64,000 nucleotides of DNA, taken from Octopus bimaculoides (lineage: Eukaryota). The stretch is from NCBI RefSeq assembly GCF_001194135.2, contig NC_068997.1, positions 4,676,936-4,740,935 of the forward strand, read 5' to 3'. The position numbers and the translations under genes are program-made. Positions 12,518-24,773 of the stretch are shown in pieces. Position 1 is the first letter of the stretch; the number at the start of each line of letters is the position of its first letter. The notes under the pieces were generated by a model. It worked only from the letters and a program-made list of their open reading frames with translations. It did not search any database and was not told where the DNA came from.

Positions 12518-13105
12518 CAGGTGTGGCTGTGTGGTAAGAAGCTTGCGGTATTTCGTCTCCCGCTACGTTCTGAGCTCAAATTCCGCCAAGGTCGACTTTG
12601 CCTTTCATCCTTTCAGGGTTGATAAATTAAGTTCCAGTTACACACTGGGGTCGATGTAATCGACTAAATCCGTTTGTCTGTCCTTGTTTGTCCCCTCTAT
12701 GTTTAGCCCCTTGTGGGCAATATAGAAATAAGAAGCTTGCTTCTCAACCATATGGTTCTGGGTTCACTCCCACTGCATGGAACCTTGGGCAAGTGTCTTC
12801 TACTATAGCCTCAGACCAATCAAAACCTTGTGAGTGGATTTGGTAGATGGAGACTGAAAGAAGCCCGTCGTATATTTACATATATCTATGTATGTGTCTT
12901 TGTATCTGTGTTTGTTCCCCACCACCGCTTGACAACTGGTGTTGGTGAGTTTATGGCCTTGTAACATAGCAGTTCGGCAAAAGGGACTAATAGAATAAGT
13001 ACCAGTCTTAAAAAGAAAATAAGTACTGGGGTTGATTAGTTCAACTAAAATTTCTGAAGGTGGTGCCCCAGCATGGCTGCAGTTTAATGATTAAAACATA
13101 ATAAA
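12518..13105 (+). mobile_element. SINE A with a 5'-truncated SINE B nested at 12547-12728
   Basis: 12-bp target-site duplication taagaagcttgc at 12535-12546 and 12729-12740. Confidence 0.9.
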
Positions 13106-13129
13106 AGATAAAAAAATATACATCAACTA

Positions 13130-13945
13130 CAATACTTGACTGATACTTTAATTTATCAACCCCAAAAGGATGAAAGCAAAATTGACTTTGGCAGAATTTG
13201 AACTCGGAACATGAAGATAGATTAAATGCTGCTAAGCATTTTATCTGTCTACTAACAATTCCGTCAGCTTGCTTCCTTCATGATAAGTAATAATAGTAAT
13301 AATCCTCTCCACTATAGGTTCAAGGCCTGAAATTTTGAGGGGAGGGGGCAAGTCAATTACATTGACACTAGTGCTCAACTGCTCTCTATTTCATCAAGCC
13401 CAAAAGAATAGAAGGCGAAACCAACTTCAGCAGTATCTGAAATCAGAATGTAAAGATAAGTGACATACCATTATGCATTTTGTCTGACATGCTAACAGTT
13501 CTGCCAGCTCACCACCTTGATTATGAGTAATAATGATAATAATAATCATGATTGAGACACAGGGCCAGCTATTTTGAGTGGGGTCAGTTAGTGGATTACA
13601 CCAACCACAGTACATTGCTGGTACTTTATCAACCTCAAAAAAGATAAAAGGAAGATTTGATCTCTGCAGGATTTGAACTCAGAGCATAAGAGGCTGGAAC
13701 AAATACCACAAGTTATTTTGTCTGATACTTCAATGATTCTGCTAATACATTGTTCTTAAATGTTTCTAACATATGCACAAAGCCTGAAATTTAAGCCAAG
13801 AGGTTTGTGAATAAATACTTTGCTAGTATTTTATTTTATCAATCTTGAAAGGATGGAGGGCAAAGTTGACCTCAGCAGTATTTGAACTCAGAACACAAAG
13901 AATCAGAATACATTCGAAAAAGCATTTTGTTCAATGCTGTAATGA
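13130..13945 (-). mobile_element. Head-to-tail cluster of 4 SINE B copies
   Basis: Repeated gaatttgaactc...gcattt...ctgccagc blocks separated by (TAA)n/(GAT)n spacers. Confidence 0.8.
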
Positions 13946-15289
13946 TTCTACTAGCAAAAAATGTAATACAATTTTTTTAAATAGGTTAAAAATTTAATAA
14001 AATATACATAAACGATGGCTCAGCTGTGCAGAGATGTAAAGCTGGCACCTGAGGAGGGTTGGGGTACCCCATAACTCCAACCATCTTCCAGGGTCCTCTG
14101 AATTTGACTGTAGGCATGTTTAGCCTTCACTGAACTGTGAAGAGACCCATGTAAAGGGTCAGAACAAATCCCATGCAATATTATTATGCCTGATACTCTT
14201 CTTCTGCCAATCCACCTCTCAGCAAGGAATTTTTAACTTAGTGATATGACCATAAAGTTAGGGTAATGGGCGCATTTAATTATATCTACCACACTAAATG
14301 GGTGTATTTGATTTAATCTACCCCAGTGGATGGGTGTTCTTTATTTAATCCATCTCAGTATGCAAATGTTGCCTTTTTATTTTTTTATTGGCACAATATG
14401 ATGAAATGCTTAGTAAAATTTGATAAGATTTGAGATCCAACCCATGCCATCATGGACAATGGACGTTAAATGATTGATGATGAATATAAAAAGGACTAAA
14501 TATTGCAAACTATTTTGTTTGATACAGTATGAATTCTTCCACATCATCTTTGTTTTGTTTGGTACAGTACACATTCTTACACGCTACTTACCTTTAAGTT
14601 TACATAATAATGGTTTGAAATATCAGAGCTCTTTGTAGAGAGGGTCTACTATATGACACATTTTATACATTTTAACAACCTCGTAGGATGAAAACCAGAA
14701 TAGTCTTCATCTAGATTTGAACTCAAAAAGGCAAAGGGAGATGACTGACTACTGCAAAGCCTTTTGAACAAAGCTTTCCTAAATCTGTCTTTTACATAAG
14801 TATAATTATGAAAATCCTACTTTACAGATATAAATATTGTAAAAGAATGTTTAACAAATGTATGAAGATGTTTCAAGTCGAGTCTTGTGTTTAAAATTTC
14901 ATTGTTAATAAACAACATACACAAAAGCCCAGTTGACTTGTTGCCATCAATTCTTTAAACATGTCTTAACTGGTAACATGTTCATTTCAAATTTCATATA
15001 ATAGACCACAGAGGGCGCTGTCAAGACTCAGGCAATATACATAAAAATATTAGAGTATCATCAGGTATCGCAAAACTCCCTGAATGTGGAAGGTGGCTGT
15101 TTTCAATAGTGTGCATTAGACAACCCATTGTTACACACACGCACACACTTATACACATACATACACATTTCACACAAACATACAGACATGCACACACCAT
15201 TGTGTCTACCACTTATATAAAATTATGCTTTTGATAATATTTTATGATTCTTTTTTTAAAATTAGTGGTGGGTTCAATGTTAACTAATA

Positions 15290-15690
15290 AGCATGGGTAT
15301 GACTGTATGGTTAAGAAGCTCACTTTGCAACTACATGGGTTTGGGTTCAGTCCCACTACATGGAACCTTGAGCAAGTGTTTTCTATTATAGCTTTGGACT
15401 GATCAATGTCTTGTGAATGAATTTAGTAAATGGAAACTGTGTGGAAGCCTGTCATATATGTGTATTATGTATATATGTGTGTTTGTCACCCTCCATCACC
15501 ACTTGACAACTGGTATTGTTCTGTTTACATCCCCATCACTTAGTGGTTCAACAATAGAGACTGATAGTATAAGCATTAGGCTTTAAAAAGTAAGTACAGG
15601 GATTGGTTTATTCAACTAACACCCTTCAGGACAGTGCCCCAGAATGGCCACAGTCTAGTGACTGAAACAAGTAAAAGGTAAAAAAGGTCC
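15290..15690 (+). mobile_element. SINE A
   Basis: Head, core and tail match the other copies. Confidence 0.8.
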
Positions 15691-16465
15691 CTTGAGTAGA
15701 TAAAGCCTCCACCAGTCAATGTTAGCCATGCTTCAGCAAACCTGGGTTAGAATTTTTTAAAGGAAAATTAATAGTTTCTCATGCATACAAGCCCCTCCTC
15801 TCCATACTACCAATGTTTATCCAAGGGAAAGGCTACCAACATGGCTTACTGCAGCTTGTTATTGTAGATAGCATGTGTAATATTGTGTTAGAGGGTACTG
15901 GCTAGTGGCTGAGTGACTACAGAAATATCTGTGATTTTCATGTGATATGAAGGAAGGTAATAATGTTGGCTCACCCACTAAAATGCTTGAAAGTACTAAT
16001 TTTTACTATCAAAATTGACAGGACATCATCATCATCATCATCCTTTAACATCAGTTTTCCATGCTGGAAAATATTGATTCCCTGGCATTGGCTAGCTGCA
16101 TGGTTCAATTCTGTGCAAGGGTCATTTTTCTCTCTGTCTTAAGCTGTAGTTGTATGTGTCTGATGTATATATACATGTGTGTGTGTGCACATAACAAACA
16201 GCTATTCTTTTAAAGAATTTTACATATCTCCCCACTAGTCCCTTGCATTTAGAATAGAACAGTAATGTTCCTTAAGCCGGTTAATCTGTTAATGTTTCAA
16301 ACTTTTCTCAGTCTCTTCACAAGAATGAAGTGATGGTAATAATGGAGTGTTGCCGGCACCCCTTGCAGTATATCACAAAAGATCACGGAAATTCTGGCGT
16401 ACAGTGTGTGTATTTTGCTGTTTTGTCATGCAAGCTGTTCCCTATTTATGCAAATATAAACTTAC

Positions 16466-16550
16466 TTGGTGGTAATAGTGGTGGTGGTAAAGGAGAAGGA
16501 GGTAAGTGAAGAGGTGGTAGTGGATGATGATAAGGAGGAGGAGGAGCCAT
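16466..16550 (-). CDS. Candidate 85-bp internal exon, Ser/Thr-rich (DGSSSSLSSSTTTSSLTSFSFTTTTITT in phase 1)
   Basis: Acceptor atttcatttttattttcag and donor AA|gtaagt. All three frames are open, so the frame is inferred only from neighbours. Confidence 0.4.
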
Positions 16551-16619
16551 CTGAAAATAAAAATGAAATCTTGCTTGGTAAATTGAATCAATATTTGTGA
16601 CTATTCTTGTAATAATTGT

Positions 16620-16830
16620 TTCTTAATGTAGGCGCAAAGCCAGAAATTTGCCAGTAAGGGGTTAATTGAATAAATCAGCTCTAGAGTTTCACTGACACTT
16701 TACTTTATCAACCTCAGAAGCATGAAAGGCAAAGCTGACCTTGGTGGTATTTGGACTCAGAGCTTTAAAGAGCTAGAACAAGTACCACAAGGTATTTTGA
16801 CTGACATTCTAATGGTTCTACCAATCTACT
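16620..16830 (-). mobile_element. SINE B, decayed
   Basis: aaaggcaaagctgaccttgg...atttggactcag motifs. Confidence 0.7.
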
Positions 16831-17154
16831 ACCCTAAACTGTTCTTCTAATAATAAAATATTTCCCACCGCTACCACCACCTCTCTCTTTTCTCATGTTT
16901 CCCACTTCTCTCACCTCTTCCTTCCACTGTCTCTACTCTTTTTATATCTGTATATGGAGATGACTACAGCTCCTGACACTCTTTATATAAGGTACTTTTG
17001 ATTGGGTGGGTGGGTAGGTAGGTAGGTAGGTGGGTAAGTAGGTAGTTAGGTATGTAGGTGGGTAAGTACAGGGTTGGAGCAGCCACTACATAGAAAACTC
17101 CCTTACCACATTGCAAATATCAAGACACATATACATACATATACACATTTATAT

Positions 17155-17505
17155 ATCATCATCATCATTTAATGTCCATTGTCCATGCTGGCATGGGTTG
17201 GATGGTTTACTGGGCTTGGCATGCTGGAAGGCTGTGCCAGGCTACAGTCTGATTTGGCATGGTTTTCTACGGCTGGACGCCCTTCCTAATGCCAACCACT
17301 CTGAGAGTATAATGGGTGTTTTTTATGTGCCACCAGCATGGGTGCCATTTACATAACACCTGTATCTGTCATAACTGCAATTTTGCTTAGCTTGATGGGT
17401 CTTCTTCTCAAGCACGATATAATGCCAAAGGTCTTGGTCATTGCCACTGTAAGGCACTTGAAAGGAACTTAGTCACTTGCCTCCATGAGGCCCAATGCTT
17501 GAAAG
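17155..17505 (-). mobile_element. RTE-LINE 3' end
   Basis: (CAT)n-ttaatgtcc..ccatgctggcatgggttgg terminus and UTR repeats. Confidence 0.8.
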
Positions 17506-17558
17506 AAACATATATATATATATATAAAATGAAAGACAGAAGATAGAATATACGAGAA

Positions 17559-17684
17559 TTTATTATTAATCACAACAATTGTTTCAACACATCTAGCATT
17601 GATTCCCCTTGGGTGAGACACTCAACAACTGGTTCAGGAGCATCCAGTGGTGCAGATGTATCTCGTCAGGGGATAAATAAATAC
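17559..17684 (-). ncRNA. Type I hammerhead ribozyme in the PLE 3' terminal repeat, long stem II insert
   Basis: CTGACGA (17669-17663), stem II GATACATCT/AGATGTGTT, GAAAC (17585-17581), palindrome AACAATTGTT, triplet GUU, imperfect stem I. Confidence 0.75.
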
Positions 17685-18072
17685 AACTCATTAAAATGAC
17701 TGTTCCGCAATGTGACTTTCTGTTTTTTAGAGAGAAAAGCAGCCAGACAGAGGAAATATCTTCATTTCTATAGAAGATCTAACATAAAATCACAGATGGC
17801 AAAAAGAGAAATGAGCATGCAATCCAGTGAGAAAAATATTAAAAATAACCGTTAACAGGTTTGGATGTATAAACGCCCCCAGGCAAGCTGCATAGCACAA
17901 ATGCACTCACTCATCCAAGCATCCGCAAAAATGTGAGCATATGCACATGTGAGGTTTGGTGCACTCATGATCACAAAGCGAGTTATTTATCAACTTGGTG
18001 TTTATAAGACTAGGAAGGTTAAAAGTAAACTTAAGTCATCCATACCTTAAAGTAAATTACGTTAACGGTTAC

Positions 18073-18480
18073 TCAAAATTCATTCTCACTGCACTGTGCG
18101 AAAGTACATTTATATGCGTTCAGAAATCTATTAATTATCTCCTCATTGGTCCACAGAATAGACAGGCATTCCTCGGAGCAGAGACGGCATCTCCTGGAAA
18201 TTGTTTTGTATGGTTTCATATATCTTACTATGGACCAATTAATGCTGTACTTCGTTTTATCCCCCTTCAGTTGCCATACAAAATCTGCCAAAAATGTTGA
18301 ATGTCTCTTATTGATTGTCTTAAAGCTGGCAATATGATTGCGATAACGATTCTTGAATGAATCAGCTGTCTGGCCAATGTAAACATAGGGCCCTCCCCTT
18401 GTGTGCACAGTACATTTATATACAAGATTTGTACTCATACAGAGATTCATCAAAGGACATTTTGATTTTTCTCTGCACAA
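18073..18480 (-). pseudogene. GIY-YIG endonuclease domain of the Penelope-like element
   Basis: CPL..C..LVYKCTV...YIGQTADSFKNRYRNHIASF...T.LADFVWQLK...INWSI...CRLCSEE. Confidence 0.9.
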
Positions 18481-19242
18481 GCATTTATTGTATTTATTTG
18501 TATGTAAGGCAGTCCCGACTCCATTTACCAGGGTTGTTACCGTGCTAGTTGTATCATAAGTATTTCTACTACTACAAATTGGTCATAGTTGGTGCTTATC
18601 AGTGCAGTTTACATCTCCTTGATTGGTATTTAGATGCAAATGTTCACTAGATACAGTGGGTGAGTTATTGAACCTTTGCTGCATTTTATTATTGTTTATG
18701 CAATGCATAAGCTGCTCTAAATTAGCAGAGTTTGCATAGGATACCTTCACAGTGTGTCAATTAAGAATAGCATGATACCAATTAGATTTAGGAAAGCACC
18801 TGTCCAAAGTAGCAAAATATTTTCCAGCAATCTTAGTTGAAACATGCAAACCGAAAATCGGGTTGAACCAGAGGACATTCTGATTCTTATATCTGTTGTT
18901 AGGCTTATTTGATTGAGTGTGTTGTACAAGATTGGAACAAGCAGTTGAATTATTATGTCGCATGTGTCTATGAGTTTTCATTGGTAGTTCATTGATATGA
19001 CCAATTCTTTCTGGCCTGAGTTTTCAAATGGTAACATTGTGGTGTTATACAATGTGCATCGCAGTTGGAGTAATTACCAGTGTTGTGTATGCCTGCTTCT
19101 TGTATATATTGGATTTTTTCACTGTACCCAGCCCTAGCTAGAGCAGCATTATAATAAGATGCATGTGATTGGAAAATTTTATTGTTAGCAGATAATCTAG
19201 AGATTCTTGTAGAAATATTCTTAACTAGTCTCCCTATAGTCG

Positions 19243-19285
<43 letters not shown>

Positions 19286-20227
19286 NNNNNNNNNNNNNNN
19301 NNNNNNNNNNNNNNNNNNNNNNNNNNNNNNNNNNNNNNNNNNNNNNNNNNNNNNNNNNNNNNNNNNNNNNNNNNNNNNNNNNNNNNNNNNNNNNNNNNNN
19401 NNNNNNNNNNNNNNNNNNNNNNNNNNNNNNNNNNNNNNNNNNNNNNNNNNNNNNNNNNNNNNNNNNNNNNNNNNNNNNNNNNNNNNNNNNNNNNNNNNNN
19501 NNNNNNNNNNNNNNNNNNNNNNNNNNNNNNNNNNNNNNNNNNNNNNNNNNNNNNNNNNNNNNNNNNNNNNNNNNNNNNNNNNNNNNNNNNNNNNNNNNNN
19601 NNNNNNNNNNNNNNNNNNNNNNNNNNNNNNNNNNNNNNNNNNNNNNNNNNNNNNNNNNNNNNNNNNNNNNNNNNNNNNNNNNNNNNNNNNNNNNNNNNNN
19701 NNNNNNNNNNNNNNNNNNNNNNNNNNNNNNNNNNNNNNNNNNNNNNNNNNNNNNNNNNNNNNNNNNNNNNNNNNNNNNNNNNNNNNNNNNNNNNNNNNNN
19801 NNNNNNNNNNNNNNNNNNNNNNNNNNNNNNNNNNNNNNNNNNNNNNNNNNNNNNNNNNNNNNNNNNNNNNNNNNNNNNNNNNNNNNNNNNNNNNNNNNNN
19901 NNNNNNNNNNNNNNNNNNNNNNNNNNNNNNNNNNNNNNNNNNNNNNNNNNNNNNNNNNNNNNNNNNNNNNNNNNNNNNNNNNNNNNNNNNNNNNNNNNNN
20001 NNNNNNNNNNNNNNNNNNNNNNNNNNNNNNNNNNNNNNNNNNNNNNNNNNNNNNNNNNNNNNNNNNNNNNNNNNNNNNNNNNNNNNNNNNNNNNNNNNNN
20101 NNNNNNNNNNNNNNNNNNNNNNNNNNNNNNNNNNNNNNNNNNNNNNNNNNNNNNNNNNNNNNNNNNNNNNNNNNNNNNNNNNNNNNNNNNNNNNNNNNNN
20201 NNNNNNNNNNNNNNNNNNNNNNNNNNN

Positions 20228-20271
<44 letters not shown>

Positions 20272-20314
20272 TGTATATATATATATATACACACACACAT
20301 GTATGTATGTATGT

Positions 20315-20366
<52 letters not shown>

Positions 20367-21240
20367 ATAAACATATATATGCAAAAATTTACATATATAC
20401 ATGTGTGTGGGTGTGTAGTGCTTATGACCCTATTTTGGGGTCTCCAAGACAGGTGAGAGGGAGGAAAGTATCTTCAAATACTTGCAGTAGGGTGGACTCT
20501 GCTAAAGGCACCCAAGGTGCAGTGGGGGATGTTAACCTAGGCAATAGACTTTAAGTCTACCACTTATGATATGATGATGGGTTTCCTTAAGGTTTCCATC
20601 TACCAGATTCCACTCACAAAGTATCGGTCCACACAAGGCTATGATAGATGACACTTGCCTAAGGTGTTTTGGCGTTATTCAGCAGAAATAAACCCAGAAC
20701 CATCTGGTCATGAAGCAGACATCTTCACCACAGAGTAGTCTGTGGCTATTGCCTGGTTTCCTTTATGTCATGCTATTGATCCCAGTTGAGAGTGGAAAGA
20801 AAAGTTCTTTGGTGTCATGGATTGTAAAATTGGTGGAGTGCTGAGCAAAATAACTCGAAATATTTTAGTTGCAGCCTTCTAAATTGCGAGTTCAGGTCAC
20901 ACCATGATGAAATATGTCTTTTATCCTTAAAGGGTTAATATGAGAAAAAAAGAGAAAAGTCAGGTTTCTGGAGGTTTCATCTAATCACCTACAGTCTGGC
21001 TATTATAGGTGTGGCATTGTGACAAGATTATTGTAATTAAAGGGCTGTTGATGGCTGGTTTGGTAGAGTATAGATGAGACTCAGCAAGTAGAATGTATTT
21101 CATTGAGCTGGTAGATGGTATTTCACTGAATTAAAAGAATATATTCCAATGAAATGGTTGAATATTTTTGACTGAATTCGCATTTCCCTGAATTGGTAGT
21201 AGAATGCATTTCACTGAATTGGTATTTATTTCATTGAACT

Positions 21241-21530
21241 TGTAGTGGCGCGTGTGGCCGCCATCTTGGGAAGTGCCATTGCGCATGTGCAAGGGACTTG
21301 CCATCAGCGGAAGTACCCGAGCACGCATGCGCAATGCAATAGGTGGAGAGAGAGCAATAGCATGTGGTTAAAGTTTCTTTGGTATCCCAGCGGCATGCCT
21401 GTTCACTCAGGAACGAAACGGCTCTACACCAACCTAGAATAAATTATCGATCTGTTGTTACCGTTATCCCTCGTGTTGTTGTATTTCTGGATTTTAATGA
21501 TTAATATAAGAACTGGGGAGAGATGGCCAA
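21241..21530. promoter_or_regulatory. CpG-rich housekeeping-type promoter candidate
   Basis: YY1 GCCGCCATCTTG (21257-68), NRF1-like TGCGCATGTGCA (21280-91) and GCACGCATGCGCA (21321-33), ETS CGGAAGT (21308-14). CpG is retained here in a CpG-poor background. Confidence 0.65.
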
Positions 21531-21669
21531 GCCGTCATATCTCATCCAATTCTTATAAACTCATAGAATATATTTCACAGAACTGGTAGAATATATTTCA
21601 CTGCATTGGTAGAAGTTTTGATTTATAGCAATAAAAAGTTGGGTTTTTTTTTTAACTAATATGATTATA

Positions 21670-22563
21670 TGAGAAGGTACCCAAAAGAAACTGGAATTTT
21701 GCAATGCTATTTTATTCACTTAGTTTTACATGTTTACACTTTTATTGCCTTCAAAATGTTCTCTATTTGAAGCAATGCATCGGTCCAGACACATTTTCCA
21801 CCATTGGAAGCAGTGCTGGAACTCTTGTAAAGTGACGCCTTTTAACCCCTCTATCGTTTTTCTCTTCACCTCTTCCACATCTGCAAATTCCATAGCACCA
21901 GCTTTCATCACCAGTGATGACCTTCAAAAAAAGGTCCTGATAAACTTCCAACTGTTTTTTCAGTTCACGATATGCATTCAGTCATGACTGCTTTTGATCT
22001 TCCATGACCAAGCAAAGCACAAATTTTGCTGCAACAATTTTCATTCACAATTCCTTGCTCAAAATTCATTGGCATGAGCTCCAGGACAGACCAATCATAT
22101 CAACAAGTTCGATGATGGCCTTCCAAGATCAATTCATGAATCTTCATGATGTTTTCGCTCATTTGAGAGGTCAACAGTTACCCCAAACATATTGGTCTTC
22201 AAGTGGCAAGTGGCCATTCCTAAAGCATGAATACCACTCATAAGCTTGTGTTTTGCTCATAGCAGCGTCCTTGTAAGCTGTTTGAAGCCTGACAACTGTT
22301 TCAGCCAACATTTTCCCCAGCAGAAAACAAAATTTCATGGAAGCGTGCTGTTCCTTCGTTTCACCCAGCACAAAAATCAACGAACCAGGGAAAAACACTG
22401 CAAAACAAAAAAGCACCAAGTGGCAGCACAACTTCACTGGATGCCGCCAGTCAGCAGACTGGTGCCTGACAGTTGCATCAAGTGACTTCTAGTGGTGGAA
22501 GCCTGAACTACAACAGGGTTGTCTCACAGAGAACATTTCCAGTTACTTTTGGATACCCCCTCG
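21670..22563 (-). mobile_element. Internally deleted mariner with both TIRs
   Basis: TA-tgagaaggtacccaaaagaaactggaa ... ttccagttacttttggataccccctcg-TA. Transposase KFCFLLGK..AETV..LQTAY..AMSKTQAYEW, VITGDESWCYG, FADVEEVKRK..CIAS.REHFEG. Confidence 0.92.
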
Positions 22564-23092
22564 TATGAATTTGTGTGTGCATGTTGGTAGAATGTGTTTA
22601 ACTGAACTGGTAGAATACATTTCCCTGAATTGGTAGAATGCATTTCATGAACTGGTATTTATTTCACTGAACTCATACAATGTGTATAACTGAGCTGGTA
22701 GAATGTATTTGACTGAATTGGTATAGCATCTGATACATTACCTTGGATATTATGGTAGTGAGGATGAATTCTATGACAAAGATATCAATGACAATGCCAA
22801 CAACACAACAGCAATAATTCCTTACCACAATGTTATATTCGAGAGGGAATATATTCTAAAGTCCTTTTGTCCTGATATTAATCTCAGACATCAGATACAA
22901 CTTATTCACCATTATTCTTTTACGCCAAACAATGAAAATTTTGTATAGTTTTATGGCTGAAATCCGAAACATAAAAGTTACATTTAATACTTTTATATAG
23001 ACACACAAACATCCACCCACCCACATGCACGCACACACACAAACACACACACTCTCACACACACACACACGAATAAGCATTGTGAGTAATAT

Positions 23093-23144
<52 letters not shown>

Positions 23145-23207
23145 TATATATATATATGTATATGTATATATGTATGTATATATATATATATATATGTNNN
23201 NNNNNNN

Positions 23208-23310
<103 letters not shown>

Positions 23311-23739
23311 TGTGTGTGTGTGTGTTTATAATACTGAATACTGAATATATATACACATATATATACACATATATATACACACACATATAAATACATACAT
23401 TCATACAAGTTCTGATAATATAAAAAATTGTCTTTGCTATAAATCGGAACTTCTACAATGTTTTAGTTCCATCAATATTTTCTGATTTTTATCTTAAAAA
23501 AAAAATAAAATGAATATTCAGATAACCCACCTCACCCTCCGCCCTCACTATGCTTGCTCCCTCTGGAGATTTCTATTGTTTTTCTTTATGTGTTCTTCTA
23601 TGTTTCTAGTTTAATAACTGACATTTAATAGTTGTTTGTTTTCACTTGTTAATCCATTTGTATTTGACAGGAATTCAAGTCTTTGAGACTCGAGATTGGA
23701 ACATTAATTAACTGAAACTATGTAAATTTTTGACAAGTA

Positions 23740-23899
23740 GGTGCAGGCGTGGCTGTGTGGTAAGAAGCTTGCTTCCCAACCACGTGGTTCCAGATTCAGT
23801 CCCACTTTGTAGCACCTTGGGCAAGTGTTTTCTGCTATAACCTCGGGCTGACCAAAGCCTTGTGAGTGGATTTGGTAGATAGAAATTGAAAAAAGTCCA

Positions 23900-23957
<58 letters not shown>

Positions 23958-24215
23958 TCTTTCTCTGTATGTGTCTTTGTGTCTGTGTTTGCACCCCCCC
24001 CCTCCCATCAGTACTTGACAACCAGTGTTGGTGTGTTTACATCCCTGTAAATTAGCAGTTCGACAAAAGAGACTAATAGAATAAGTACGAAGCTTACAAA
24101 ATGAACCTTGGGGTTGAATCATTTAACTAAAAAATTCTCCTAGGCAGTGCCCCAACATGGTCACAGTCTAATGACCAAAACCAGTAAAAATGAAAAAAAT
24201 AGATAAATAAAAGAT
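23740..24215 (+). mobile_element. SINE A with internal (CT)n
   Basis: ggtgcaggcgtggctgtgtggtaagaagc head through the tail. Confidence 0.85.
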
Positions 24216-24739
24216 ATAAGAAGTTAATCAAAATCTAAATTGTCATAATAATAAATTTCTTTTACCTCTTCTGAATTACATAGCATTTTCACAAGTGCCA
24301 TAAAAGTACCCAGAACTCACTATAAAATAGTTGGGTTTGTGAAGGGTATTCACGTATTGAGACTGTGCCAAAGCAGACATTGAAGCTCACCGTAGCCATC
24401 CAGCTTGTCAGATACTATCAACCTGTCCAACCCATGCCAGCATGGAAGGTGGACATTAAATGACAGTGATGCTGATTAATAAATTTTAACAGGAAGCCAT
24501 TCTAATTGGTCAACTTCAACTAACCAGTGAATGTCTTGATCATCAGTCTGCTTACTTGGGAATAGCAACAACAATTGTTTGAATCTAGGATAATGCTCCT
24601 AGCACCAAACTTCTTCTCTCTCCCAGTTTCACTTAATACCATCATCTTGTCCACCTCCTCCTCCTCCTCCTTCCTCCTATCAACACTATTATGACTATTT
24701 CTCAGATTCCCCACCCAGTCATTCTTCCCTAACACTTAC

Positions 24740-24773
24740 CATTCTCTGGAATTTCTTTCCTGGCCACAGTTTC
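24740..24773 (-). CDS. Candidate 34-bp exon (ETVARKEIPEN in phase 0)
   Basis: Acceptor ctaatgttttgcag and donor ATG|gtaagt. Its phase-1 end fits the 16550 exon. Confidence 0.3.

Larger units (their letters stand above)
17525..19246 (-). mobile_element. Penelope-like retroelement, 5'-truncated (RT thumb, linker, GIY-YIG, 3' terminal repeat) inserted in (TA)n
   Basis: IGRLVKNISTRISRLSANNKIF..YYNAAL..AGYSEKIQY, then VLWFNP..VSTKIAGKYF, VKVSY, KCLCREKSKCPL, VYKCTV..YIGQT. One frameshift and two TGA stops. Confidence 0.92.
21075..22730. repeat. ~23-bp minisatellite (actgaattggtagaatgcatttc) in three blocks: 21075-21240, 21560-21615, 22580-22730
   Basis: Same unit and orientation in all blocks, split by the CpG-rich island and a mariner. 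Confidence 0.8.

Noticed and set aside
15005-15020. CTCF-like CCACAGAGGGCGC
   Set aside because: It is one base short of the consensus and a single motif with no context.
18480-18760. In-frame TGA codons in the PLE ORF as selenocysteine, as described for some Naiad PLEs
   Set aside because: The one at LN*HT aligns to a conserved Arg (NRxT), so CGA-to-TGA CpG decay explains it. The element is also frameshifted and truncated, and has a C-terminal endonuclease unlike Naiads.
23655-23725. GAAAC-tat-GTA with an upstream CTTTGAGA as a decayed HHR
   Set aside because: The core and both stems need too many changes.
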